Shown here in pieces: positions 43,231-51,179 of a DNA stretch of 61,276 nucleotides. The stretch comes from an uncultured Candidatus Saccharibacteria bacterium (lineage in GTDB: Bacteria > Patescibacteriota > WWE3 > JAUXAW01 > CAYREW01), in NCBI GenBank assembly GCA_964451675.1, contig CAYVIL010000001.1, positions 1 to 61,276 on the forward strand. Reading direction: 5' to 3'. The notes beneath the pieces were generated by a model, which had not been told where the DNA came from, made no database searches, and worked only from the letters and a program-made list of their open reading frames with translations. A program made the translations under genes and the position numbers. Each line of letters begins with the position of its first letter. Position 1 is the first letter of the stretch.

Positions 43231-44886
43231 ATGCCTACAGAGAAACACCCCGTTCCCCAGCACGTTATGGGAATCGAATTCAAACTCGTTGGTGACTTGA
43301 ATGTACGGCAATTTTTCTTCCTACTAGGTGGGGGGGTACTAATATTTTTCCTACTCCGCTCTGGAGCACCCTTCTACTTCAAATGGCCCTCGGCGTTGTT
43401 CTTCGCTATGTGCACTCTTATTGCTGCATTTGTACCACTAGAAGGACGGCGTGCAGATCAGTGGATACGGAGTTTTTTTAATTCTGTATTTTCCCCAACA
43501 CAACGAATATGGAAACGATCAGTAAGCGCTCCCACATTCATCAGTGACGAATTTATAAATTCATTAAGAAAAGAAGCCTACTCAGTCGCCCCCCAGAACG
43601 AAAGGTGGCGGTTGAAAAGATTTATAGAAGAATTTGAGGAAAAAGAAGAAAAAACAAAGCTAGACTTAAAAATAGATCAGTTTCTGAATAATTTAAACTT
43701 TGATCAGCCGCTGCCGGAAGGAGTCGCACCGAAAATAAGCAAAAAAATTGAAATTCCCAAACGCGAAAGACCAGAAGAAGTCACAGCAGAAAAAGCAGAG
43801 CAAGAAAGACCAGAAGTAACAAAACCAGTGGAAAAAGAACCATCAGCAAAAAAGAGAAAGGTAACTTTGGAAGAATCACCTACATTGGCAGCAGAAGTAA
43901 ACTGGTCATCAGAAAATGTAATAACCATACCTGTCGCAGGAGCCAAACAGAAAAGGTACGTAACCACAGTAAGCAACGTTAGACCAGGAAGAAAGCTAAA
44001 AAACCTACCGCGCATACAAGGAGAAATAGTAATGCCAGTAAAAGGAAAAAGAGTAATTATGCCTCAGGGGGAAGAACCGGATGATATTGAAGGATTTAAA
44101 ATCAAAGAAGACCGCACAGAAGAGCTCGCCACACCACTTCACAAAGGGGAGGAACAGCCATCACAACCGGAAGTAAAAACAGAAAAGGCAGTGGATACAT
44201 TGCCTTACGCACCAGAAGAAAAGGAAGTGGAGGAAGATAAAGAGCCAATTACAGAAAGAATAGTTAGCGAAAAGACAAAAAAAACAGCGCAAGGTCTGCA
44301 AGAAAAAATCAATCAGCTAACAAGACAAATCAGCATACTTGGAAAACGGCTAAAGCAAGCCCAAACAGGTGGGAAAGATAGCCAAATGGCAGACCTATAC
44401 CAGAAACAAATAAAACAGTTAGAAGAAGAAAAGGACAGCCTTTTTAAAAAAGGAGGCAAAAAAATACCACAAAAGGAAGATGAGGAAAAGGAAAAGGAAA
44501 AGGAAAAGGAAAAACAAGAACAGGAAATTGCCAGAAGCATCTCTTTGAAAAAGAAAAAAAAACCGAGTAAGAAACCTGCAAAAGCTAAAAAAGAAGAGAA
44601 AGCCGTTGAGTACCGCGGACTTGGTGCAGAACCCAATATCATCCACGGCGTTGTAAGAGATAAACAAGGAAGTGTTGTATCAAATGCTGTTATAATTGTA
44701 GAAGATGAGGAAGGTAATCCTGTTAGAGCACTCAAAACAGATCCATTAGGTCATTTCGCCATTACAACTAAACTCCCCAATGGAAAATACAAGATAAAGA
44801 CAAGTAGAGATGATTTAAAGTTTGGTATAATGGAAACTCAGTTAAAAGGGGAGACGCCTCCCCCACTGAAGATAATTGCTAAATAA
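43231..44886 (+). CDS. PrgI/VirB3-like membrane protein fused to a long Lys/Glu-rich linker and a C-terminal CarboxypepD_reg-like beta-sandwich
   Basis: The N-terminus GIEFKLVGDLNVRQFFFLLGGGVLIFF...FVPLEGRRADQWIRSFF follows the PrgI-family layout with 2 TM helices. The C-terminus IHGVVRDKQGSVVSNAVIIVEDEEGNPVRALKTDPLGHFAITTKLPNGKYKIK is a carboxypeptidase-regulatory-like fold signature. Confidence 0.7.
   Translation: MPTEKHPVPQHVMGIEFKLVGDLNVRQFFFLLGGGVLIFFLLRSGAPFYFKWPSALFFAMCTLIAAFVPLEGRRADQWIRSFFNSVFSPTQRIWKRSVSAPTFISDEFINSLRKEAYSVAPQNERWRLKRFIEEFEEKEEKTKLDLKIDQFLNNLNFDQPLPEGVAPKISKKIEIPKRERPEEVTAEKAEQERPEVTKPVEKEPSAKKRKVTLEESPTLAAEVNWSSENVITIPVAGAKQKRYVTTVSNVRPGRKLKNLPRIQGEIVMPVKGKRVIMPQGEEPDDIEGFKIKEDRTEELATPLHKGEEQPSQPEVKTEKAVDTLPYAPEEKEVEEDKEPITERIVSEKTKKTAQGLQEKINQLTRQISILGKRLKQAQTGGKDSQMADLYQKQIKQLEEEKDSLFKKGGKKIPQKEDEEKEKEKEKEKQEQEIARSISLKKKKKPSKKPAKAKKEEKAVEYRGLGAEPNIIHGVVRDKQGSVVSNAVIIVEDEEGNPVRALKTDPLGHFAITTKLPNGKYKIKTSRDDLKFGIMETQLKGETPPPLKIIAK
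44484..44513 (+). repeat. In-frame hexanucleotide microsatellite (GGAAAA)x5 encoding (EK)n
   Basis: Five exact tandem units were read directly inside the linker of the PrgI-like ORF. Confidence 0.9.
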
Positions 44887-44888
44887 AA

Positions 44889-45575
44889 ATGCCAGAAACA
44901 AAAGCCAGCACCCAAGACCATCTTGACATTGTAGATATCCGAGATAGCTTACTAATCCTGAAAGGCGGGGTAGTAGCTCTTGTAGTTCAGTGTAGCGCTA
45001 TAAACTTTGACCTGCTATCGGAAGGCGAGCAAGACGCTATGATTGGAGCATATGCATCATTACTAAATTCCCTAGCTTTCCCACTCCAAGTGATTGTACG
45101 CTCTAAAAAGGTCGATATTTCAAATTACATCGACACATTACGAGCACTTGAGCTAAAACAGAAAAATAAGCACCTAAAAAAAAGGATTGAGGCCTACTTG
45201 CAGTTTGTAGAAAATTTAGTTTCTAAAAAAGAAGTTCTGAACAAAAGCTTCTACATTGTTATCCGCTATGGTGAACCTCTATTCGTCAAAGAAAATAATT
45301 TAATTCAAAACCTCTTAGGTCAATCAGAGAAAAAACCTAAAGAGATAAAAAATAAGGCAAACTTAATAGAAAAAGCGAACCAGGACCTTGGACCCCGACT
45401 GGACCATCTAATAGATCAATTAGGCAAAATAGGCATTGAGTCCCACCAACTATCTACGCAGGAACTAGTAACATTATTCTATGAAATATACAATCCAAGC
45501 TCAGCTTACGAGGAAAGATTGCAACTAGGAATAGAGGAATATACAGCACCAATTGTAGAACCGGCAATCGAATAA
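44889..45575 (+). CDS. Soluble 228-aa protein of the T4SS-like module, possibly a detached VirB4 N-terminal domain
   Basis: Starts 2 nt after the PrgI-like gene and ends 5 nt before virB4. LDIVDIRDSLLILKGGVVALVVQCSAINFDLLSEGEQDAMIGAYASLLNSLAFPLQVIVRSKKVD resembles, from memory, the extreme N-terminus of Gram-positive VirB4/PrgJ-type ATPases. Confidence 0.55.
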   Translation: MPETKASTQDHLDIVDIRDSLLILKGGVVALVVQCSAINFDLLSEGEQDAMIGAYASLLNSLAFPLQVIVRSKKVDISNYIDTLRALELKQKNKHLKKRIEAYLQFVENLVSKKEVLNKSFYIVIRYGEPLFVKENNLIQNLLGQSEKKPKEIKNKANLIEKANQDLGPRLDHLIDQLGKIGIESHQLSTQELVTLFYEIYNPSSAYEERLQLGIEEYTAPIVEPAIE

Positions 45576-45580
45576 AAAAC

Positions 45581-47542
45581 ATGAAACTACCCTTAAATAA
45601 CTTACTAAATAAATCAAGCGAAGAGACTCAGGTAGAACAAGAAAGAAATGACAGCGTCTCTCCAGCTCAGCAGCTTGGACAGGGTATGAATAAAATCCAA
45701 GATGTTATAGCACCCTCATCCATAGAAGCAGACTTCAATCACATCAGAATGGGCCAAACTTATTTTAGGACATTGTTCATAACCGGATACCCCCGATTTG
45801 TCGGTGCAAACTGGCTAGCACCTGTTATCAATTTCGAACACACCCTCACCCTATCCATGTTTTACTACCCCGTTTCCTCCAACAAAGTATTGAATGAACT
45901 AAAAAGAAAACTCGCAGAAATGGAAGCTACAGTGCGTACTGATCTAGCCCGTGGGAAACTAGTTGATCCAGCTGTTCAAGCTGCCTTGGAAGATGCCCAG
46001 GAGCTTCAAGACCAATTGGTAAAAGGGGTCGAACGCTTTTTCCAATTCGGGTTTTACATTACCATTTCTGCCAACTCGGAAAAAGAGTTAGACGCAGTAA
46101 CCTCCCGATTAGAATCTACCCTAGGATCTCTGATGCTTATATCCAAACAGTGCACCCTCCAAATGGAAGATGGTTTCCAAACTACAACACCCACAGGTTT
46201 AGATAAGCTGAACATAGTTCGCAATATGGATACAACCTCCCTAGCAAGCACCTTCCCATTTACATCTTCCGAGCTCACCGCTAACGAGGGAATCCTTTAT
46301 GGCATTAATGAACACAACGGTTCTTTAATTGTCTTTGATCGATTTACACTAGAAAACGCCAACGCAGTTGTCTTCGGTAAATCCGGTTCTGGTAAATCTT
46401 TTGCCATCAAATTAGAAGTACTACGATCTTTATTATTCGGAACAGAGGTTATTGTTATCGACCCTGAAAACGAATACTATCCTCTGGCAGAAGCAGTTGG
46501 CGGAGATGTAATTGACTTCACCATTCACGGCGAAACCAGTATTAACCCATTCGACCTTTCTGGTGTGGCTGGTGAAGATGAGGACGAACTAAGCTTGAAA
46601 ATACTTTCCTTACACGCCCTCTTCGGTATTATTTTTGAAGATCTTTCAAACACGGAATCAGCAATTTTAGACCGGGCACTTATCGCCACCTACCGCATGA
46701 AGGGTATAACCAGAGATCCTGAAACACACGACAACGAACCTCCCATTATGGAAGACTTGTACAAAGTACTTTTAGGTATGCCAGAGACGGAAGCTCGGGG
46801 ACTTGCTGAAAGATTGGAAAGATTTGTCAAGGGGTCCTTAGCAGGAATATTTGATAAACCTTCTAATGTTAATATCAAAAACACCTTTACTGTTTTCTCT
46901 GTCCGTAACCTAGAAGATGCTTTAAGACCAATTGCTATGTTTATAATTCTCGATTTTATTTGGAACAAGGTTAAAAAAGAAACTAAAAAGAGAATCCTCC
47001 TTGTTGACGAAGCCTGGTATCTTATTGCACATCCAGACTCCGCTATGTTTCTATATTCAATAGCTAAGAGAGGACGCAAATACTATCTAGGACTTACAAC
47101 AATCACTCAAGATGTCGACGACTTCTTAAAAAGTGATTACGGGCGTGCTATTGTTACCAACTCATCAATACAGCTGCTGATGAAACAACACCCTGCAGCA
47201 ATTGAGCAGGTTGCGGACGTATTTAATCTGTCTGAAGGTGAAAAAAGCCTACTCCTATCAGCAGACATTGGAGAAGGTTTATTCTTTGCAGGTAACAGCC
47301 ACGTAGCAATGCAGGTAGTAGCCTCAGAAGAGGAGTACCAACTAGTAACAACAAAACCTGCTGAAGTTATTGAACGTGAAAAGCGCACTGAGAGTGGGAA
47401 GTCAGAAAAAACAGAGGACCACGAAGAAGAAGAAGAAGAAGAGAAAAAAGCAGTAAATGAAAGTACAGAGCATAAATCTCCGCGAGCCGGTTTTCAGTTC
47501 AATAAAGAAACAGGCAAGTGGGAAGAAACAGAAAAGCAATAA
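45581..47542 (+). CDS. virB4: VirB4/TrbE/PrgJ-family type IV secretion ATPase (AAA_10/DUF87-like)
   Basis: YFRTLFITGYPRFVGANWLAPVI and Walker A VVFGKSGSGKSF are present. VIVIDPENEY, Walker B RILLVDEAWYL and GRKYYLGLTTITQD also match, and the C-terminal tail is acidic. Confidence 0.85.
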   Translation: MKLPLNNLLNKSSEETQVEQERNDSVSPAQQLGQGMNKIQDVIAPSSIEADFNHIRMGQTYFRTLFITGYPRFVGANWLAPVINFEHTLTLSMFYYPVSSNKVLNELKRKLAEMEATVRTDLARGKLVDPAVQAALEDAQELQDQLVKGVERFFQFGFYITISANSEKELDAVTSRLESTLGSLMLISKQCTLQMEDGFQTTTPTGLDKLNIVRNMDTTSLASTFPFTSSELTANEGILYGINEHNGSLIVFDRFTLENANAVVFGKSGSGKSFAIKLEVLRSLLFGTEVIVIDPENEYYPLAEAVGGDVIDFTIHGETSINPFDLSGVAGEDEDELSLKILSLHALFGIIFEDLSNTESAILDRALIATYRMKGITRDPETHDNEPPIMEDLYKVLLGMPETEARGLAERLERFVKGSLAGIFDKPSNVNIKNTFTVFSVRNLEDALRPIAMFIILDFIWNKVKKETKKRILLVDEAWYLIAHPDSAMFLYSIAKRGRKYYLGLTTITQDVDDFLKSDYGRAIVTNSSIQLLMKQHPAAIEQVADVFNLSEGEKSLLLSADIGEGLFFAGNSHVAMQVVASEEEYQLVTTKPAEVIEREKRTESGKSEKTEDHEEEEEEEKKAVNESTEHKSPRAGFQFNKETGKWEETEKQ

Positions 47543-47688
47543 GTGCATCGAAAGCATAAACCAATATAAAAAATAACGTCGTATACTACACTAGGTAACT
47601 ACAAAAAACCTCTAAAACAATACAATTTTGGAACTAGTGCTAACCAAGTGTCATATAAAGGCTGTACTTGCCTATCATTATCTCTTTC

Positions 47689-47697
47689 TGGTATCAT
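47689..47697 (+). promoter_or_regulatory. Extended -10 (TGgTATCAT) 9 nt upstream of the rpsO ATG; TTGCCT -35 lies 18 nt upstream
   Basis: Read directly; no SD. Confidence 0.5.
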
Positions 47698-47706
47698 TGG
47701 TCTGTT

Positions 47707-47976
47707 ATGGCATTAGAAAAGAAAGAAAAAAGCGATATTATTGATGAATTTAAAATCCACAAGGGTGACACAGGTTCACCGGAAATACAGATCGCGTTAC
47801 TAGCTAAGAAAATAGAAAAGCTCACCGATCATTTAAAAGAGCATAAGAAGGACCACCATTCGCGCCGTGGATTATTAAAAACTGTTAATAAACGACGGCG
47901 ACTACTTATGTATCTTAGAAACAAAGACGAAGATAGGTACCAGAAAGTGATTGAAAAAATCGGAATAGACTTTTAG
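47707..47976 (+). CDS. rpsO: 30S ribosomal protein S15
   Basis: [71 protein letters not shown] place the start at ATG 47707; the track start at 47668 is a TTG extension. Confidence 0.92.
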   Translation: MALEKKEKSDIIDEFKIHKGDTGSPEIQIALLAKKIEKLTDHLKEHKKDHHSRRGLLKTVNKRRRLLMYLRNKDEDRYQKVIEKIGIDF

Positions 47977-48046
47977 AATAGATAAAGTTAACTCCAGAAA
48001 TTCCTACAACTTCTGCTGGTTTACAGAAAAAACTTTCTAAACAAAA

Positions 48047-50212
48047 ATGGATCAAATTATTAAAAAGACAGAACTTTCAGGACGTGAACTCTCACTAAAA
48101 ACAGGACAGATAGCACCACAGGCAAACGGCTCAGTAATTGCACAATGGGGCGACACTGTAGTACTTGCTACTGCTACTATAGATGAACCTCGCGAAGGCA
48201 TTGATTTCTTCCCTTTGCGTGTAGATTATATTGAACGTCTTTATGCTGGCGGCATTATTAAAGGTTCCCGCTTTGTAAAAAGGGAACGCGCGCCTCGTGA
48301 CGAAATTATCTTGGCTGACAGAATGATCGATCGAGCTATCCGCCCTCTTTTTGCAGAAGGGTTGCGTCACGATGTTCAAATCATCGTTCTTCCCGTTTCC
48401 GTAGACCGGGGTTCAGACCCAGACTTACTTTCATTAATTGCTACCTCTGCCGCACTAGCTATTTCAGATATTCCTTGGGACGGACCAGTAGGAGCTGCCA
48501 GAATGGGCCTGGTGCAAGAAGGAGAAACTGAAAAAATAGTGCTAAATCCGCCGATTAAGGATCTGGAAACAAGCAAGATGGATATTATTGTTGCTGGGTC
48601 TGAAGAAAAAGTAATTATGCTAGATGCAGAAGCAGAAGGAATTCCAGACGATCTAATTGCTGACAGCATAGAAAAAGCCCAAAGTAGTATAAAACAGACA
48701 ATCCAGTTAATTGAGGAACTTCAAAGTGTTGCAGGAAAAGAAAAAATCATCCTAGCAGAGGAAGAGAAAGACAAAGCTAAAGAAAAAGCAAGAGAGGAAA
48801 TAAAAAAACTCACAAAAAAGGACTTTATACCAAAGATTGTAGAGGCAGGCAAGATTGTGGATGAGAAAAAGGATGAATTCCAAGAAATTCTCCACGAGAA
48901 ATTCGAAGGCAAACTTTCCAAATCAGAAATGGACAAGGAAGTCGAAGAAGCCACCAAAAAAGAAATACGCCGCCTAATAATAAATCAGGATAAACGCTTA
49001 GATGGGAGAGCAATGGACGAAATCAGACCGCTGACTATGGAAACAGGCCTATTTCCCCGAACACACGGTTCTGCCCTTTTCCAAAGAGGAAAAACCCAAG
49101 TAATAAACATCACAACACTCGGATCAACATCACTTGAGCAACTAATCGAGGGTATGCTAGGCGAAAAAACAAAAAGATACATGCACCACTACTACTTCCC
49201 TCCTTTTAGCACAGGACAAGTTTGGCCACTGAGGTCACCTAAAAGAAGAGAGGTAGGGCATGGTGCTTTAGCAGAAAAAGCGCTAAAACCTGTTATACCT
49301 GATGAAGAGGAATTTCCTTACGCAATGCGCCTAGTAAGTGAAGTAACATCCTCTGCTGGTTCAACTTCTATGGCAGCCACATGCGCCTCGTCACTTTCAT
49401 TAATGGATGCGGGTGTCCCAATAAAAAAACCGGTCGCAGGTATAGCTATGGGGCTAATTACCGAGAAGGATAAAAAATACAAAATATTAACAGACATGCA
49501 TGCTATTGAAGACTTTTACGGAGACATGGACCTTAAAATAACAGGAACTGAAGATGGAATTACCGCAATACAGCTCGATGTAAAAAATCAAGGATTAACA
49601 ATTAAAATTGTCAGGGAAACTTTTCGGCAAGCGCGCGATGCCAGACTAAAAATTTTAAAAGAAATGCAAAAAGCTATTAGCTCTCCGCGCAGAGAGCTGT
49701 CGGAATTTGCACCTAGAATTACTAGAATTAAAATCGACCCATCTAAGATCGGACAAGTTATAGGCAGCGGTGGTAAAGTCATTCGCTCTATCATCGAAGA
49801 AACAGGAGTAGCCATTGATGTGGAAGACGACGGTACAGTACTTATTTCCTCACCAGATCCGGAGCAGGCTGAAAAGGCTAAAAAAATTGTGGAAGAACTA
49901 ACTCACGAAGTTACGGTCGGAGAAATTTACGAAGGAGAGGTTACAAGAGTCGAAAACTTCGGAGCTTTTGTGGAAATTTTACCTGGAAAAGAAGGACTAA
50001 TACCCATAAGCGAGTTAGAACACTACTATGTAAAAGAGGTCGAAGATTCTGTTAAAGTAGGTGATACTGTACGGGTAAAAGTTATAGAAATAGATAATCG
50101 CGGCCGAATAAACCTATCTAAAAAGGCCTTACAAAAAAGCAGCAGCAAGGAAAAAAGGAATAAAGACAAAGGTAAGAAACCTTATTACAGACGGCCGGGT
50201 AATCATAAATAA
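48047..50212 (+). CDS. pnp: Polyribonucleotide nucleotidyltransferase (PNPase)
   Basis: Two RNase PH domains (RLDGR, FPPFSTG, HGALAEKAL), a KH domain (IGQVIGSGGKVIRSI) and an S1 domain (GEIYEGEVTRVENFGAFVE) are present. Confidence 0.95.
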   Translation: MDQIIKKTELSGRELSLKTGQIAPQANGSVIAQWGDTVVLATATIDEPREGIDFFPLRVDYIERLYAGGIIKGSRFVKRERAPRDEIILADRMIDRAIRPLFAEGLRHDVQIIVLPVSVDRGSDPDLLSLIATSAALAISDIPWDGPVGAARMGLVQEGETEKIVLNPPIKDLETSKMDIIVAGSEEKVIMLDAEAEGIPDDLIADSIEKAQSSIKQTIQLIEELQSVAGKEKIILAEEEKDKAKEKAREEIKKLTKKDFIPKIVEAGKIVDEKKDEFQEILHEKFEGKLSKSEMDKEVEEATKKEIRRLIINQDKRLDGRAMDEIRPLTMETGLFPRTHGSALFQRGKTQVINITTLGSTSLEQLIEGMLGEKTKRYMHHYYFPPFSTGQVWPLRSPKRREVGHGALAEKALKPVIPDEEEFPYAMRLVSEVTSSAGSTSMAATCASSLSLMDAGVPIKKPVAGIAMGLITEKDKKYKILTDMHAIEDFYGDMDLKITGTEDGITAIQLDVKNQGLTIKIVRETFRQARDARLKILKEMQKAISSPRRELSEFAPRITRIKIDPSKIGQVIGSGGKVIRSIIEETGVAIDVEDDGTVLISSPDPEQAEKAKKIVEELTHEVTVGEIYEGEVTRVENFGAFVEILPGKEGLIPISELEHYYVKEVEDSVKVGDTVRVKVIEIDNRGRINLSKKALQKSSSKEKRNKDKGKKPYYRRPGNHK

Positions 50213-50214
50213 AT

Positions 50215-51171
50215 ATGCTGCGCCTAATAATCTGCCCCAAATGCGGCACAGAATACAAGAAACAAGACATTTACTTCTGTTTTAACTGTGGTGCTAGATT
50301 ACCACGAGAGGAAAAAACCGAAAAACATAAGGATACCGGTGGTGGGGGCAAAAACACCGTAAATAAAAATAAAACCGTAAAAGCAACTGAATCAAACAGC
50401 GAAAAAAAAGACAATAAATACAATATTAGGCTTATAATACTAGCTCTAATATTTTTAGCCAGCACAACGTTATTCATATACACATACAATGTGCATCTAA
50501 AACTAAAAAACTTAAGCACCCGTATACTAGATACAGAACCCAGAAACGCAATAACAACGGAAGCAACACCCTCTGCCATACCTCGGATCACATTCAACAA
50601 CGAACGAGCAGAATGGCTAAATTATTACGCTTCGCTTGTTCCGCAGAACATAGATTTCTTTTTAATAACCGGTCACGATACTAATTTGTACTTACCACAA
50701 ATTGAAGGAGAATTATTAGCAGAATTAGAAACAGCTCTTGGCATAGAAATAAAAGAAGCATTAACATATATAGAACCGGAATACGCTCTAGTACAGCAAG
50801 CCTCGGAAAGTGCACTTCTAGCAACAGCAAAAAACCCGAAATTCGTGCAACAACTAATATCTCCCCTGACCGAAAGCGGTATCCAAGAATACACACCAAA
50901 AATGCACAACACTTTGCTAGTTGTATCTAATTCAGAATCTTTACACAAACAGATAGAAAATGTTATTAAAAACGCAGAACTATCAATGGCACAAGACCCT
51001 AATTTCGACAGCGCAAAGAGAAAGTTACCCAATAAAGGGCAAATATTCATATTTGGAAAATCAGTAACCCTTTGGCTAATACCCGATGAGTTCCGACCAG
51101 ATCAAGAGCTTAGTCTTGGATTTGTTATTGATAAAGAAAATGGAAAGACGATATATTACAACAGCGATTAA
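50215..51171 (+). CDS. Zinc-ribbon bitopic membrane protein, unknown function
   Basis: CPKCGTEY...CFNCGARL is followed by a basic linker, one TM (IILALIFLASTTLFIY) and an ectodomain of about 230 aa. It starts 2 nt after pnp. Confidence 0.55.
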   Translation: MLRLIICPKCGTEYKKQDIYFCFNCGARLPREEKTEKHKDTGGGGKNTVNKNKTVKATESNSEKKDNKYNIRLIILALIFLASTTLFIYTYNVHLKLKNLSTRILDTEPRNAITTEATPSAIPRITFNNERAEWLNYYASLVPQNIDFFLITGHDTNLYLPQIEGELLAELETALGIEIKEALTYIEPEYALVQQASESALLATAKNPKFVQQLISPLTESGIQEYTPKMHNTLLVVSNSESLHKQIENVIKNAELSMAQDPNFDSAKRKLPNKGQIFIFGKSVTLWLIPDEFRPDQELSLGFVIDKENGKTIYYNSD

Positions 51172-51179
51172 AAATTGAA

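Noticed and set aside
43330-43336. G7 homopolymer about 100 nt into the PrgI-like gene, considered as a phase-variation switch for the T4SS-like module.
   Set aside because: Comparable tracts occur in essential genes here, for example C7 at 31127..31133 inside alaS and C6 runs in dnaK and the helicase-nuclease gene. Tract length alone is therefore not evidence for a contingency locus.
44313-44735. Minus-strand ORFs (44313..44735 and 44419..44667) with Phe/Ser-rich repeats.
   Set aside because: They are the reverse-complement reading of the Lys/Glu-rich (GAA/AAG) linker of the PrgI-like gene, so they are a compositional artefact.
39944-47542. tRNA-Cys considered as the integration site of an island carrying the T4SS-like genes.
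   Set aside because: I found no integrase gene and no copy of the tRNA 3' end (ggttcgaatccggctcgggcc) downstream of virB4. The intervening genes are ordinary envelope enzymes on the opposite strand.
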